Shown in pieces: positions 16,278 to 27,388 of a stretch of 32,000 bases of DNA. Source of the stretch: Sphingobium bisphenolivorans (GTDB lineage: Bacteria; Pseudomonadota; Alphaproteobacteria; Sphingomonadales; Sphingomonadaceae); contig NZ_ASTG01000006.1 in NCBI RefSeq assembly GCF_000412635.1, positions 3,254-35,253 of the forward strand. Direction: 5' to 3'. The notes beneath the pieces were generated by a model. It did no database searches. It had not been told where the DNA came from and saw nothing but the letters and a program-made list of their open reading frames with translations. The position numbers and the translations under genes were made by a program. Position 1 is the first letter of the stretch. Every line of letters begins with the position of its first letter.

Positions 16278-17840
16278 ATGCATTACATCATCACCCGCCA
16301 TCCCAAGCTCGCTGCCCTGCTCGCCGGATTCATCGCGGCAACAGGCTTCGAGCCGCTCAAGCTCTGGCCTGTCACCCTCGCCTGCTTCGCGCTGCTCATC
16401 GCGCTGATCGAGCGCGCGCCCGACCGTCGCTCCGCCTTCCTGCGCGGCTGGTTGTTCGGCGTCGGCCATTTCACGCTCGGCCTCAACTGGATTGCCCACG
16501 CCTTCACCTTCCAGGACGCGATGCCGCACTGGTTCGGCTACGGCGCGGTCGTCCTGCTGTCTCTTTATCTCGCGGTTTATCCCGGCCTCGCCACGTTGGG
16601 CGCCTGGTGGCTACAAAGCAGCGTTTTCCTGCCGAGGCAGAAGCACGGAAATCTCACCGTGCCCCTCCTCTTCGCGGCCACCTGGCTCGCAACAGAATAT
16701 CTTCGGGCTGTCATCTTCACAGGTTTCGCCTGGAACCCGTTGGGGGCAACGCTGCTGCCGACCGGCATCGCCATCGCCTCAACCCTCATCGGCACCTACG
16801 GCCTGGGCGCCCTCACCATTCTTGCGTCCGGCGCACTTCTCCTCGTCTCGCGCCGCCAGTTCACGCCCGCCGCAGCCATCGCCGTCCCCCTCCTGGCGCT
16901 TGCTGCATGGGGCCTGTTATCGCCAGCACCGCCCGCCGGGACAGGCGCCCCCCGCATCCGCGTCGTTCAGCCCAACATCGGCCAGGACGAGAAATATTCG
17001 CCCGAACTGGAGCAAGCACATTTCCGCACCCTGGCGACGCTCTCCGGCACGCCTCGCCCGGCGCCCCGCCTGATCTTCTGGCCCGAGGCGGCGATCCCCG
17101 CCTATCTCGATATGGAGCCGGAATGGCGCACTCGTCTCGCTAGCCTGCTCGGCCCCGGCGATCTGCTGATGACCGGTGCCACCAAGGTCTATTTCAAGCA
17201 GGTCGAAAAGAACGGCTATGCTGAAAATGTGCTGGCCGGCGCGAACAACAGCCTGTTCGTCGTGACGCCCGACGCTCGGCTCGCCGCGCGCTACGACAAG
17301 TCGCATCTCGTACCCTATGGCGAATATCTGCCGATGCGATCGATCCTCCAGCCGATAGGCCTCTCCCGCCTCGTTCCCGGCGACGCCGATTTCTGGCCGG
17401 GTCCCGGGCCCCAAAGCCTCACCCTGCCCGCAACGCTCGGCCGCCCGGAACTCAAGATGGGCGTGCAGATCTGCTACGAGATCATCTTCTCGGGCCAGGT
17501 CGTCGACTCCGCGCATCGCCCCTCCTTCCTCTTCAACCCCTCGAACGATGCCTGGTTCGGCAGTTGGGGTCCCGTCCAGCACCTGGCCCAAGCCCGCCTT
17601 CGCGCGATCGAGGAAGCGCTGCCGATCATCCGCTCCACGCCGACCGGCGTCTCCGCCGTGATCGACGCCCGCGGCCATGTGCTGAGCGCACTCGGCCTCC
17701 ACCGCGCAGGCTTCCTCGACACCGGCCTTCCCTCGGCGCTGCCGCCGACCCTTTTCTCCCGCCTTGGGAATTGGGCGCCCTTCCTCTTCATGGCGCTTCT
17801 CCTCGCTCTCGCCATTGCCACCCGCAGAACGACCCGCTAA
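16278..17840 (+). CDS. lnt: apolipoprotein N-acyltransferase
   Basis: Track ORF 16233..17840; ATG at 16278 ([18 protein letters not shown]). N-terminal multi-TM region plus a CN-hydrolase domain ([27 protein letters not shown]). Confidence 0.88.
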   Translation: MHYIITRHPKLAALLAGFIAATGFEPLKLWPVTLACFALLIALIERAPDRRSAFLRGWLFGVGHFTLGLNWIAHAFTFQDAMPHWFGYGAVVLLSLYLAVYPGLATLGAWWLQSSVFLPRQKHGNLTVPLLFAATWLATEYLRAVIFTGFAWNPLGATLLPTGIAIASTLIGTYGLGALTILASGALLLVSRRQFTPAAAIAVPLLALAAWGLLSPAPPAGTGAPRIRVVQPNIGQDEKYSPELEQAHFRTLATLSGTPRPAPRLIFWPEAAIPAYLDMEPEWRTRLASLLGPGDLLMTGATKVYFKQVEKNGYAENVLAGANNSLFVVTPDARLAARYDKSHLVPYGEYLPMRSILQPIGLSRLVPGDADFWPGPGPQSLTLPATLGRPELKMGVQICYEIIFSGQVVDSAHRPSFLFNPSNDAWFGSWGPVQHLAQARLRAIEEALPIIRSTPTGVSAVIDARGHVLSALGLHRAGFLDTGLPSALPPTLFSRLGNWAPFLFMALLLALAIATRRTTR

Positions 17841-17898
17841 TAGCCACATAAACTTTTCTTTATGTCGCTTGTCCGCACTGCGTGCTAACGGGAGTCCC

Positions 17899-19104
17899 AT
17901 GCGCAACAATTATCTCTTCACCTCGGAATCAGTGTCCGAAGGCCATCCCGACAAGGTCGCTGACCAGATCTCCGACGCCATCGTCGACCTGTTCCTTTCG
18001 AAGGATCCCGAAGCGCGCATCGCGTGCGAAACGCTGACCACGACTCAACTCGTCGTCCTCGCCGGCGAAATCCGCTGCAAGGGCGTCTATGAAAATGATG
18101 CCTGGGCTCCCGGTGCCCAGGAAGAGATCGAACGCACCGTCCGCGAAACGGTGAAGCGCATCGGCTATGAGCAGGACGGCTTCCATTGGGAAAGCTTCCG
18201 CTTCGAAAACAATCTTCACGGGCAGTCCGCGCACATCGCGCAGGGCGTCGACGCCGCTGGCAACAAGGATGAAGGCGCTGGCGACCAGGGCATCATGTTC
18301 GGCTTCGCCTGCGACGAAACCCCCGACCTCATGCCCGCCACGCTCGACTACAGCCACAAGATCCTGGCGAAGATGGCCGCCGACCGCCACTCCGGCCGCG
18401 CCCCCTTCCTTGAGCCGGACGCCAAGAGCCAGGTCACGCTGCGCTTCGAAAACGGCAAGCCTGCCGCCGCCACCGCCATTGTTGTCTCGACCCAGCACGC
18501 GCCCGGCTATGATCAGGGCGATAAGGAAGCCGAACTCAAAAACTATGTGAAGGGCGTCGTCGCCGAGGTTCTTCCCGGCGAACTGCTCTCGGCCGAGACG
18601 GTGTACCACATCAACCCGACCGGCAGCTTCGAAATCGGCGGCCCCGATGGCGATGCTGGCCTCACCGGCCGCAAGATCATCGTGGACACCTATGGCGGCG
18701 CTTCGCCCCATGGCGGTGGGGCCTTCTCGGGCAAGGACCCGACTAAGGTCGATCGCTCCGCCGCCTATATCACCCGCTACCTGGCGAAAAACATCGTCGC
18801 CGCCGGCCTCGCCCGCCGCTGCACGATTCAGCTCGCCTATGCGATTGGCGTTTCGGAACCTTTGTCGCTTTATGTCGACACCCATGGCACCGGAACAGTC
18901 GCCGATGACCGCATCGAAAATGCGATCAAGGGCATCACCGAGTTGGGAGGCCTTACCCCGCGCGGTATCCGCACGCATCTTGGCCTCAACAAGCCGATCT
19001 ACCAGCCGTCGGCGGCCTATGGCCACTTTGGTCGCAAGGCGGAAGGCGACTTCTTCCCCTGGGAGCGCACTGATCTGGTGGAAAAGCTCAAGGCCGCCCT
19101 TTAA
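17899..19104 (+). CDS. metK: S-adenosylmethionine synthetase
   Basis: Track ORF 17764..19104; ATG at 17899 after [62 protein letters not shown]. Confidence 0.95.
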   Translation: MRNNYLFTSESVSEGHPDKVADQISDAIVDLFLSKDPEARIACETLTTTQLVVLAGEIRCKGVYENDAWAPGAQEEIERTVRETVKRIGYEQDGFHWESFRFENNLHGQSAHIAQGVDAAGNKDEGAGDQGIMFGFACDETPDLMPATLDYSHKILAKMAADRHSGRAPFLEPDAKSQVTLRFENGKPAAATAIVVSTQHAPGYDQGDKEAELKNYVKGVVAEVLPGELLSAETVYHINPTGSFEIGGPDGDAGLTGRKIIVDTYGGASPHGGGAFSGKDPTKVDRSAAYITRYLAKNIVAAGLARRCTIQLAYAIGVSEPLSLYVDTHGTGTVADDRIENAIKGITELGGLTPRGIRTHLGLNKPIYQPSAAYGHFGRKAEGDFFPWERTDLVEKLKAAL

Positions 19105-19121
19105 ACTTTTTTCCGTTATCG

Positions 19122-19157
19122 AAGAAGGGCGCGAAACCTGTGTTTCGCGCCCTTCTT
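19122..19157 (+). terminator. 16-bp perfect stem-loop after metK
   Basis: AAGAAGGGCGCGAAAC-ctgt-GTTTCGCGCCCTTCTT, 18 nt after the metK stop. There is no long U-tract, only CUUCUU at the end of the stem. Confidence 0.6.
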
Positions 19158-19180
19158 AGTTGCTTGACTTCCCCTTTTTC

Positions 19181-19206
19181 GTTTCCTATGCGTTCTCCAT
19201 CCGTTC
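19181..19206 (+). promoter_or_regulatory. tandem alphaproteobacterial SOS (LexA) boxes: GTTT-N7-GTTC-N7-GTTC
   Basis: gtttcctatgcGTTCtccatccGTTC ends 17 nt before the lexA ATG. It contains a perfect GTTC-N7-GTTC at 19192-19206 and an overlapping imperfect copy at 19181-19195. Confidence 0.75.
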
Positions 19207-19222
19207 CAAGGAGGGCACGCAG

Positions 19223-19894
19223 ATGTTGACACCCAAGCAACAGGAATTGCTCAGCTTCATTCAGATCCGGTTGGAGGAAGACGGCGTGTCTCCTTCCTTC
19301 GAGGAGATGAAGGAAGCGCTCGACCTGCGTTCCAAGTCCGGCATTCATCGGCTTATCAACGCACTGGAGGAACGCGGCTTCATCCGGCGGCTCGCCAATC
19401 GCGCTCGTGCGCTGGAGGTGCTCAAGCTTCCCGAAGCCATGCATCGCGCGCCAAAGGCGGTAGCTTCGTCAAAGCCGCAACTGCCCGCCAGCCCTCCTAT
19501 GGCGGCTAATGACGTCGTTGAAATCCCGCTCCATGGACGCATCGCCGCAGGCGTGCCGATCGAAGCGCTGGAGGGGCAGAATATGCTCTCGGTGCCCGCC
19601 GCGCTGCTTGGAGCCGGCGATCATTATGCTCTCGAGGTCGCCGGAGACTCGATGATTGAAGCAGGCATATTGGACGGCGATTTTGCATTGATCCAACGCA
19701 CCGAGGTCGCGCGCGAGGGGGAGATCGTCGTGGCGCTTGTCGAGGAAAGCGAGGCGACGCTCAAATATTTCCGCCGGGAAGGGCCAAAAGTCCGGCTCGA
19801 TCCGGCCAACAGCGCCTATGAGGCGCAGATCTACGATCCGCGTCAGGTTCGCATTCAGGGCCGATTGGCTGGGCTGTTGCGGCGATATAACTGA
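19223..19894 (+). CDS. lexA: LexA SOS repressor
   Basis: Track ORF 19160..19894; ATG at 19223 after [22 protein letters not shown]..., a winged-helix N-domain, and an S24 peptidase C-domain (GDSMIEAGI, the Ser site, followed by a Lys-containing segment). Confidence 0.93.
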   Translation: MLTPKQQELLSFIQIRLEEDGVSPSFEEMKEALDLRSKSGIHRLINALEERGFIRRLANRARALEVLKLPEAMHRAPKAVASSKPQLPASPPMAANDVVEIPLHGRIAAGVPIEALEGQNMLSVPAALLGAGDHYALEVAGDSMIEAGILDGDFALIQRTEVAREGEIVVALVEESEATLKYFRREGPKVRLDPANSAYEAQIYDPRQVRIQGRLAGLLRRYN

Positions 19895-21975
19895 CGATCG
19901 GTCGGCCGCGCCCTACTCGGTGGCGCGGCTATCCAGGGATGCTCGTCACCGACTGTCCTGACGGTGCGGACGCCAGGATCGTCGAGATAGATGGCGAGTC
20001 CGCCAGTATGATGGAGCAGCCACTTGTCTGCCTTCAGCCAACGGGGACGACAGCTGCGCGGAAGACGGCGGTCGCTGACCACAATGTCCGCGCCGGCACA
20101 ATCATGCGCCAGCCGTTGGGCGTCGACCATCGTGCTGGAACGGGTAACCAGCAGGCTCCACATCCGGTCCGGTCCTTTGAGGTGAACGGCGCACAGATCG
20201 ACCGAGCATCTCGCCTGCGACAGCGAAGCGATGGCTTCCAGGGCACCATCATATCCAGCGCTTTCGCCCATGCTGTCACGAATATAGTCGCCGGCACCCT
20301 CGCGAAGGATCGCCATGGCGCCGCTTTCCGTGCGTATCGCCACATGCCGGCCGTCGCCCGTGACGAGGATGGCGGGAGGCGCATTCAGCCCGATCATGAC
20401 CATCCCGGTCGCCACTGGCAGCAATCCCGCCCATCTCCATGCAGTCCGCCACAGCAGACACCATAATCCACCCATGACGATCAGACCGAAGCTCGCCGCC
20501 GATTGGATCGGCGCAGCCATTACCGCCCATGGGCTCGCGGAAATCGAATGAGCGATCCACAATAGCAGGTCCAGCGCGCGCGATGTCAGCCACCAGAACG
20601 GCGCGCCCAGTCCCAAGATGTCGAATAGCAATGCCGCCGCCTCCAACGGCATGACGACAAAAGTCGTGAGCGGTATCGCGACGAGGTTCGCCAGCGAGCC
20701 GAGCATCCCTGCCTTGTGGAAATGGAACAAAGCAATGGGAGCGAGGACCAGTTCCACCGCCAGACCGGTAGCAAGCATGACAGCAAGTGATCGGCCGGCC
20801 TTGCGCCATACCGCCTCGTCCCTGCCGCCGGCGAAGGCGCGAAAGCGCGGATGCTCGCTCAGCGATACCAGCGCGATCACGGCGGCAAAGCTCATCTGAA
20901 AACTTGGTCCAACCAAGGCCTCTGGCCATAGCAGCAAGACGACTAACGCTCCTGCCGCCACCAGCCTCAGCGTAAGGGCATCCCGGCCCAATGCCAGTCC
21001 GCCCAGGACCAGCAGTGCCGCGACGCAGGACCGGACCGTAGGCACCTCCGCGCCGGTCAGAAGCGTGTAGCCTATCCCCGCCAGGGCGCCGCCTGCCGCC
21101 GCGATCAGCATCAGTGGCCAATCGAGCGCAGCGCGACGGCTGAGTGCCATGCATCGCGTCAGGATGAACACGACGGCCGCGATCAGCGCCGTGACATGCA
21201 GGCCACTGATCGACAGCAGATGCGCCAGGCCGCTGCGCCGCATCGCGTCCGCATCCTCCAGCTCAATGCCGCCCTGATCCCCGGTCGCCAGAGCAGCCGC
21301 AATCCCCGCGCCCTGCCCTCCGGCCTGCTGAAGGATATGCGCAAAGAGGCGCGAACGCAGCGGAGGTTCCATCGTTGCCGGCTCCAGAACGGCAACGGGC
21401 TTGAGCGCCCGGCCTGTCGCGCCGATGCCTGAGAAATAGGCGCGCATCGCAAAGTCATATCCGCCGGGCAGGTTCGGTGGAGCAGGCGGCATCAGGCGCG
21501 CGCGGAACCTGATTACAGCCCCTTCTCCCACACCTCCAGGCATGTCGCCGTCCGCGATATTCACGCGAACCAGCCGGGGCAGGTCCGGCCTGCTGCGCGG
21601 TCGAACGAGAATGCGACTCATCCGCTGCGCCGGCACGCTATTGACCGCCTGAACCTCGCCCACCATCTCGACAAAGGCCGGTCGAGTGAGGGCAGGCTGT
21701 CCCCAAATGATCGCCTTGGTCCAGATCAAAAGGCAGCCGAAGGCCGCCAGAAACCCGCCGAGAATGAACAACCGCCGCAGCCTGCTGCCTGCCGGCAGCA
21801 GCAACGCCGCGCAGCACAGACCCACCATCGAAATACAAAAGGTAAGCCATTCCAAGCGATTAGGCAGAACCATCCAGGCGACTACGCCAAAACCGAGCGC
21901 TACCGGAACCCAGAGCGCCAGCTGCTCCCGCTCCTGCTCCAGCCATCCCTCCAATCGCGTAAAACAGGCCTGCAT
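19855..21975 (-). CDS. comEC: ComEC/Rec2-family DNA internalisation channel protein
   Basis: C-terminal 706 codons of the 1076-aa track ORF. Start taken at [30 protein letters not shown] (alternatives at 22026 and 22047). Multi-TM competence domain ([13 protein letters not shown]). Confidence 0.8.
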   Translation of the reverse strand: MQACFTRLEGWLEQEREQLALWVPVALGFGVVAWMVLPNRLEWLTFCISMVGLCCAALLLPAGSRLRRLFILGGFLAAFGCLLIWTKAIIWGQPALTRPAFVEMVGEVQAVNSVPAQRMSRILVRPRSRPDLPRLVRVNIADGDMPGGVGEGAVIRFRARLMPPAPPNLPGGYDFAMRAYFSGIGATGRALKPVAVLEPATMEPPLRSRLFAHILQQAGGQGAGIAAALATGDQGGIELEDADAMRRSGLAHLLSISGLHVTALIAAVVFILTRCMALSRRAALDWPLMLIAAAGGALAGIGYTLLTGAEVPTVRSCVAALLVLGGLALGRDALTLRLVAAGALVVLLLWPEALVGPSFQMSFAAVIALVSLSEHPRFRAFAGGRDEAVWRKAGRSLAVMLATGLAVELVLAPIALFHFHKAGMLGSLANLVAIPLTTFVVMPLEAAALLFDILGLGAPFWWLTSRALDLLLWIAHSISASPWAVMAAPIQSAASFGLIVMGGLWCLLWRTAWRWAGLLPVATGMVMIGLNAPPAILVTGDGRHVAIRTESGAMAILREGAGDYIRDSMGESAGYDGALEAIASLSQARCSVDLCAVHLKGPDRMWSLLVTRSSTMVDAQRLAHDCAGADIVVSDRRLPRSCRPRWLKADKWLLHHTGGLAIYLDDPGVRTVRTVGDEHPWIAAPPSRARPTDRQLYRRNSPANRP

Positions 21976-22062
21976 TCTCCGCTCCACATTCCCGGAAACG
22001 GAGGTTTGTCGTGGCTCAAAAGCCATGCTAGGGGGCGCAGCGATCATGGATGGGCAGGACGA

Positions 22063-23517
22063 ATGTCGGGGAATGAAGCGGTGAGTGCGAAGGGTTCGGA
22101 CAGACAGGTAGTAACCCGTTTTGCGCCGTCGCCTACCGGTTTTCTTCATATCGGCGGCGCGCGGACTGCTCTTTTCAACTGGCTGTTCGCGCGGCACCAT
22201 GGCGGCAAGTTCCTGCTGCGCATCGAAGACACGGATCGTGCCCGTTCCACCGAAGAAGCAGTAGCTGCGATTTTCGACGGTCTGGAATGGCTCGGGCTGA
22301 TGGGTGATGAGCCAGCGATATTCCAGTTCGAGCGCACGCCCCGCCATGCCGAGGTTGCCCACCAGCTGTTGGCTGCCGGGCACGCTTATCGCTGCTACGC
22401 CACGCCTGAGGAACTCGCCGAACTGCGTGAACAGCAGCGGGCGGCCAAGCAGCCGATGCGCTATGATGGCCGCTGGCGCGACCGCGACCCCTCGGAAGCT
22501 CCGGCGGGCGCGCCCTTCGTGATCCGCCTGAAGGCGGCGCGCGAAGGTGAGACTGCCATCGAGGACGCGGTACAGGGCCGCGTGGTCGTGCAGAATGCAG
22601 AATTGGACGATATGATCCTGCTGCGTTCCGACGGCACCCCCACCTACATGCTGGCCGTGGTGGTCGATGATCACGACATGGGCATCACCCATGTGATACG
22701 TGGCGACGATCACCTCAACAACGCCTTTCGGCAGCTCGGCATCATCAAGGCGATGGGTTGGGAAGAGCCGGTCTACGCGCACATCCCGCTCATCCACGGT
22801 TCCGATGGCGCAAAGCTTTCCAAGCGCCATGGGGCGTTGGGTGTCGATGCCTATCGCGATGAAATGGGGATGCTGCCTGAAGCAGTGCTGAACTATCTCC
22901 TGCGCCTTGGCTGGGGTTATGGCGACGAGGAAATCATCGCTCGCGACAGGGCTGTCGAACTGTTCGACATCGGCGGCGTCGGCCGTTCCCCCTCGCGGTT
23001 CGACATCAAGAAGCTGGAGAACCTGAACGGCCATTATCTTCGTGAAGCCGACGATGCCCGCCTGGCGGAGCTGGTGGCCCCGCACCTAGCGGATCGCCTG
23101 GGACGGTCACTGCCGGACCACTGCTTGCCGCTCCTCGAACAGGCCATGCCGTCCCTGAAGCCCCGCGCGAAGACGCTTAATGAAATTGCGGAGGGGGCCG
23201 AATTCCTGTTCAAAAATTGCCCGCTCGATTTTGACGAAAAGGCTTCGGCTCTGCTAGACGAATCGGCGCGTGCGCTGCTGGGCAAGACAGCCGATGCTCT
23301 TGAGCCCGTTCAGTCCTGGACGGTCGAAGCAATCGAGGAAGCGATTCGCCGCGTGGCAGAGGATGCTGGATTGGGGCTGGGCAAGGTCGCACAGCCCCTG
23401 CGCGCGGCGCTGACCGGACGCACGGTTTCGCCGGGAATTTTTGACGTCCTTTTCCTGCTGGGGAAGGCGGAGAGCTTGGAACGACTGGACGCTGTAAGGC
23501 ACGCATCGGCCGGTTGA
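22063..23517 (+). CDS. gltX: glutamate--tRNA ligase
   Basis: Track ORF 22006..23517; ATG at 22063. [26 protein letters not shown] (HIGG) and KLSKRHG (KMSK-type). Confidence 0.93.
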   Translation: MSGNEAVSAKGSDRQVVTRFAPSPTGFLHIGGARTALFNWLFARHHGGKFLLRIEDTDRARSTEEAVAAIFDGLEWLGLMGDEPAIFQFERTPRHAEVAHQLLAAGHAYRCYATPEELAELREQQRAAKQPMRYDGRWRDRDPSEAPAGAPFVIRLKAAREGETAIEDAVQGRVVVQNAELDDMILLRSDGTPTYMLAVVVDDHDMGITHVIRGDDHLNNAFRQLGIIKAMGWEEPVYAHIPLIHGSDGAKLSKRHGALGVDAYRDEMGMLPEAVLNYLLRLGWGYGDEEIIARDRAVELFDIGGVGRSPSRFDIKKLENLNGHYLREADDARLAELVAPHLADRLGRSLPDHCLPLLEQAMPSLKPRAKTLNEIAEGAEFLFKNCPLDFDEKASALLDESARALLGKTADALEPVQSWTVEAIEEAIRRVAEDAGLGLGKVAQPLRAALTGRTVSPGIFDVLFLLGKAESLERLDAVRHASAG

Positions 23518-23535
23518 CGAATCAAGGAGAACGAG

Positions 23536-24822
23536 ATGTCGGATAATAATGCTACGTTGGCCGTGGGCGGCGAAGCGAAGGACTATGCGATCCTCAGCGG
23601 TTCTGTGGGACCGCAGGTCATCGACGTCCGCAAGCTTTACGCGAACACCGGGATGTTCACCTACGATCCGGGCTTCACCTCGACGGCCAGCTGCGACTCC
23701 GGCTTGACCTATATCGATGGCGATGCCGGCGTGCTGCTGCACCGCGGCTATCCGATCGACCAGCTCGCCGAGCAGTCGAGCTTCATGGAAGTGTCCTATC
23801 TCCTCCTGAACGGCGAGTTGCCCTCGAAGAAGGAACTGGAGGACTTCACCCGCACGATCAAGCGCCACACCATGGTGCATGAGCAGCTGACCACATTCTA
23901 CCGCGGCTTCCGTCGCGACGCGCACCCCATGGCGATCATGTGCGGCGTGGTCGGCGCGCTGTCAGCCTTCTACCATGACTCGACCGACATCAACGATCCG
24001 GAACAGCGCAAGATCGCGAGCCACCGTCTGATCGCCAAGATGCCGACGATTGCGGCAATGGCCTATAAATATTCGGTGGGTCAGCCGTTCGTCTATCCCC
24101 GCAACGACCTGTCCTACACCGCGAACTTCCTGAACATGACCTTCTCCGTCCCGGCGGAGGAATATGTCATCGATCCGGTCGTCGTCGATGCGATGGACAA
24201 GATTTTCACGCTGCATGCCGACCATGAGCAGAATGCCTCGACCTCGACCGTGCGCCTTGCAGGGTCTTCGGGCGCCAACCCCTTCGCATGCATCGCGGCG
24301 GGCATTGCCTGCCTCTGGGGTCCGGCGCATGGCGGTGCGAACGAAGCCGCGCTCAACATGCTTCGCGAGATCGGCACGGTCGACCGTATCCCGGAATATA
24401 TCGCCCGCGCCAAGAACAAGGACGATCCGTTCCGCCTGATGGGCTTCGGTCACCGCGTCTACAAGAATTACGATCCGCGCGCGACCGTCATGCAGAAGAC
24501 CGCCAAGGACGTTCTGGCGAAGCTCGGCGTCGACGATCCGATCTTCGACGTCGCCAAGGAACTGGAGCAGATCGCGCTCAACGATCCTTACTTCATCGAG
24601 AAGAAGCTCTACCCGAATGTCGACTTCTATTCCGGCGTGATCCTCTCGGCGATCGGTTTCCCGACCGAGATGTTCACCGTGCTCTTCGCCTTGGCTCGCA
24701 CCGTGGGTTGGGTCGCGCAGTGGAACGAAATGATTTCGGACCCAGCACAGAAGATCGGCCGCCCGCGCCAGCTCTACACCGGCCCGTCGCAGCGCGACTA
24801 TGTTCCGGTGGACAAGCGCTAA
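23536..24822 (+). CDS. gltA: citrate synthase (type II)
   Basis: 428 aa with [35 protein letters not shown] and [15 protein letters not shown]. Confidence 0.95.
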   Translation: MSDNNATLAVGGEAKDYAILSGSVGPQVIDVRKLYANTGMFTYDPGFTSTASCDSGLTYIDGDAGVLLHRGYPIDQLAEQSSFMEVSYLLLNGELPSKKELEDFTRTIKRHTMVHEQLTTFYRGFRRDAHPMAIMCGVVGALSAFYHDSTDINDPEQRKIASHRLIAKMPTIAAMAYKYSVGQPFVYPRNDLSYTANFLNMTFSVPAEEYVIDPVVVDAMDKIFTLHADHEQNASTSTVRLAGSSGANPFACIAAGIACLWGPAHGGANEAALNMLREIGTVDRIPEYIARAKNKDDPFRLMGFGHRVYKNYDPRATVMQKTAKDVLAKLGVDDPIFDVAKELEQIALNDPYFIEKKLYPNVDFYSGVILSAIGFPTEMFTVLFALARTVGWVAQWNEMISDPAQKIGRPRQLYTGPSQRDYVPVDKR

Positions 24823-24843
24823 GGGGCCCAGCCTCACAAAGCG

Positions 24844-24870
24844 AAACGGCGCCTATCGGGCGCCGTTTTT
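24844..24870. terminator. bidirectional intrinsic terminator between gltA and the convergent kinase-like gene
   Basis: AAA-CGGCGCC-tatcg-GGCGCCG-TTTTT. The stem is flanked by an A-run and a T-run. It lies 22 nt after the gltA stop and 5 nt from the minus-strand stop at 24875. Confidence 0.8.
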
Positions 24871-24874
24871 CGTT

Positions 24875-26254
24875 TCAGCCGAGGGCGGGCAGCGAAAGGG
24901 TGAAGCGGGCGCCCCCACCCGGAGCCTCATCGACATGGATATCGCCACCCATCGCGCGAGCCAGGCGGCGGGAGATGAACAGCCCCAGGCCGCTGCCTCC
25001 CGGATCGTTGCGGCCGAGACGCTCGAACTTCGCAAACACACGTTCGCGGCTGTCGGCCGGCACCCCCTCGCCCTGGTCCAGCACCGCGATCCAGACCCGC
25101 TCTCGCTCGCGCCCGGTTTCCACGCGCACCTGAGAACCTTCGGGAGCATAGCGGATCGCGTTGCCGATCAGGTTCATCAGGATTTGCAAGGCTCGCCGGA
25201 ACTCCCCAACCGCTGGCGCGACGATGTCGGCGGCAGGCGTGATGACGGCAATATCCCGCTGCTGTGCCTTCACGACCAGCAAACCGGCAGCGCGCCGCCC
25301 GAGATCGGCAAGGTCGATCTCTTCGGCAATCACCGTGAAGTCGGGCCTGTCGATCGCCTGAAGATCCGCCAGATCGTCGATCAGCGCCATCAGATGCCGT
25401 CCTGCCGTTGCTATGTCGCCGGCATAACCCGCATAGTCGGGCCTCAACTCGCCATGGCCCTGCGCGCCGAGGAGATCGGCATTGGCGATGATCCGGCCCA
25501 GCGGTTGCCGCAGCGACCGGTCAAGCCTTTTGCTGAACTCGGCGGGATAGAGGACCGTCGGCTTGGGCAGCACCAGCGGCGCGGTCACGGCCCGCTCCAA
25601 CGGCAAGGCCGTGCCCCTATAGCCTAGCAGCTGCCCGCTGAGGTCAAACATGGGATAACCCGACAGGCGGTAGCTTTCCCCCTGCTTTCCGACCAGGCCC
25701 GCAAGCTGATCGTGGAAGGCGCGCCGCTGCGCAAAGCCGCGCAGGATGGCCAGATCGCCCTCGGCGTCGGGGTGCAATTCGAAATAGCTGGTAAAACGGC
25801 TGCCCGGCACCGGCGGCGACGCAGGCAGGGCACCTTCGCTGCCTGCCCCTTCCATCACCATCTGGAATCGAAGCTGGGTATCGATCTGCCACAGCCAGCC
25901 ATCCGCCAGCGACGCGATATCCGCTTCCCGCCGGGCAAGATCAAGGGTCGCGGTGACCGCCGTGCGCTCATGCCAGTCGATGACAGAGAGTTGCACAAGC
26001 TCATCATCCGCCCGCGCCCTTACCCACATCTCGATATCGCCGCTATCGCACGCCGCGACCACTGGGCGGGCGACAGGAACATGCAGATGCGCAACCAGTC
26101 TCGCTATGGCGGCCAGCTGCGGGATCGCAAGCCGTTCGCCCAAGTCGCCGCCCGCCTCCCGCTGCAAGGAAAGCAGCGGTTCGTCGGCGCTGAGCAGCCG
26201 CCCATCAAGTGCGACGGTCGCCCGAACGATGGCGGGAGGCGCCAGCATGTGCAT
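24875..26254 (-). CDS. histidine-kinase-like protein with a degenerate H-box (Arg at the phospho-acceptor position) and an apparently intact HATPase_c domain
   Basis: Inner 459 codons of track ORF 24875..26524. ATG at 26254 overlaps the upstream stop (TGATG). DHp-like FSKRLDRSLRQPLGRIIANADLL versus canonical SHELRTPL. N-box LMNLIGNAIRYAP, G1 DQGEGVP, G2 GGSGLGLFISRRLARAMGG. Confidence 0.7.
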   Translation of the reverse strand: MHMLAPPAIVRATVALDGRLLSADEPLLSLQREAGGDLGERLAIPQLAAIARLVAHLHVPVARPVVAACDSGDIEMWVRARADDELVQLSVIDWHERTAVTATLDLARREADIASLADGWLWQIDTQLRFQMVMEGAGSEGALPASPPVPGSRFTSYFELHPDAEGDLAILRGFAQRRAFHDQLAGLVGKQGESYRLSGYPMFDLSGQLLGYRGTALPLERAVTAPLVLPKPTVLYPAEFSKRLDRSLRQPLGRIIANADLLGAQGHGELRPDYAGYAGDIATAGRHLMALIDDLADLQAIDRPDFTVIAEEIDLADLGRRAAGLLVVKAQQRDIAVITPAADIVAPAVGEFRRALQILMNLIGNAIRYAPEGSQVRVETGRERERVWIAVLDQGEGVPADSRERVFAKFERLGRNDPGGSGLGLFISRRLARAMGGDIHVDEAPGGGARFTLSLPALG

Positions 26255-27348
26255 CAAACCATGGTCCGTCGCAGATGCTCCAGCTTGACCCGAAGCGCCG
26301 CTGGAGCGCGCAAGTTGCTGACCATCGCGTCGGCCTGGGCCTCGCTTATCTCCTGGTAGCGCGCCGCCTCTCCCACTATCCTCCCGTCGGAGAGGGTGGT
26401 ACGTACCGGCCGCAGCGCCACCAGCAGCCGCCGGTAATCGGCGTCCGATCCGCCCAGCGCGCGGCACAGCGCCGCCACCTGCGCGACGGAGCCCATCACC
26501 AGTATGTCGGCGACCTGCATGCACTCCATCCGCAGCCGCCGGCCCGCCAGTGCCGCGAACAGCAAAAAGCGGCGCTGCGCCAGGGCAGCGCCGATCAGAT
26601 CGGGCGCATCGGCCCTCTCCCCCAGCCTCTGCACGAGGCGGTCCGCCGCCGCGATCGGGCCAGCCTGCTCGTCATGCCGCCCCAGCATGGCCCAGCCCGC
26701 TTCTTCGAAGAGGGACAGCATCGCCTGCGCCTCCGCCGGATGGTCCTGCTGAGCGACAGCTGCCAGGCAAGCAGCTGCCGTCCAGACCAGTTCCGTATAA
26801 TGGGCGGCAGGAAGGTCGGGGTGCATGGCCTGGTGCTCACCTCCAGCCATCAGCCAGCGCGCCTCCGCCAGAGCCATGGCGGCCAACGCTTCATCCAGCG
26901 CCTGATCCCCGGCGGCGAACAAGGCCTCCGCCTCCGTTTCCCCCGGATGATCTTCTGGGCGGCCGGTCTGGCGCAGCATCAGGCTCACACCCGCGCGCAT
27001 CTGCATATGGGCCAGCAGAGCAGGCGAAAGAAGGGTCGGCTGTGCACATAACGCCGGCCAGCACAGCGGCTCTGGCCGGGCTGCCAGCAAAGCCGCACCC
27101 GCGGCGCTCGCCTCCAGGGAAAGCCGCAACCCGGTTTCGATGGCGGTGACGCATCCGCCAAGATGCCGCCGAGTCTCGACCAGCAAAACATCATTCCGCT
27201 CGCGCCCTTCCTCCGGAAAGAAGAACGCGAGATCAATGGCATGATCGATCGGCACGGCGGACATGCCGGGCCTGACTCGCGCCATCGGCCAGCTGTCCGC
27301 CATGCTCGGTCCGTTCAAGGGCGAAAAGGCGCTCATTGCGGCGACCAT
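26254..27348 (-). CDS. 364-aa Ala/Leu-rich helical hypothetical protein
   Basis: Long ORF, translationally coupled to the kinase-like gene. No motif I can name with confidence. Confidence 0.6.
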   Translation of the reverse strand: MVAAMSAFSPLNGPSMADSWPMARVRPGMSAVPIDHAIDLAFFFPEEGRERNDVLLVETRRHLGGCVTAIETGLRLSLEASAAGAALLAARPEPLCWPALCAQPTLLSPALLAHMQMRAGVSLMLRQTGRPEDHPGETEAEALFAAGDQALDEALAAMALAEARWLMAGGEHQAMHPDLPAAHYTELVWTAAACLAAVAQQDHPAEAQAMLSLFEEAGWAMLGRHDEQAGPIAAADRLVQRLGERADAPDLIGAALAQRRFLLFAALAGRRLRMECMQVADILVMGSVAQVAALCRALGGSDADYRRLLVALRPVRTTLSDGRIVGEAARYQEISEAQADAMVSNLRAPAALRVKLEHLRRTMV

Positions 27349-27388
27349 AGCCGCACGTCGTTAAAATGCACTAAACCCTAAGCAGAAT

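Noticed and set aside
17841-17898. SAM-responsive riboswitch upstream of metK
   Set aside because: Only 58 nt are available, and I see no pseudoknot or consensus that I can match to the SAM-II, SAM-V or SAM/SAH classes. Only an AT-rich palindrome is present.
17929-19026. 365-aa minus ORF antisense to metK, and 23962..24837 antisense to gltA
   Set aside because: They overlap unmistakable housekeeping genes and their translations are shadow-like.
21976-23085. N-terminal ~370 codons of the 1076-aa minus ORF 19855..23085
   Set aside because: Antisense shadow of gltX with no recognisable domain. ComEC homology begins at [11 protein letters not shown] (21975).
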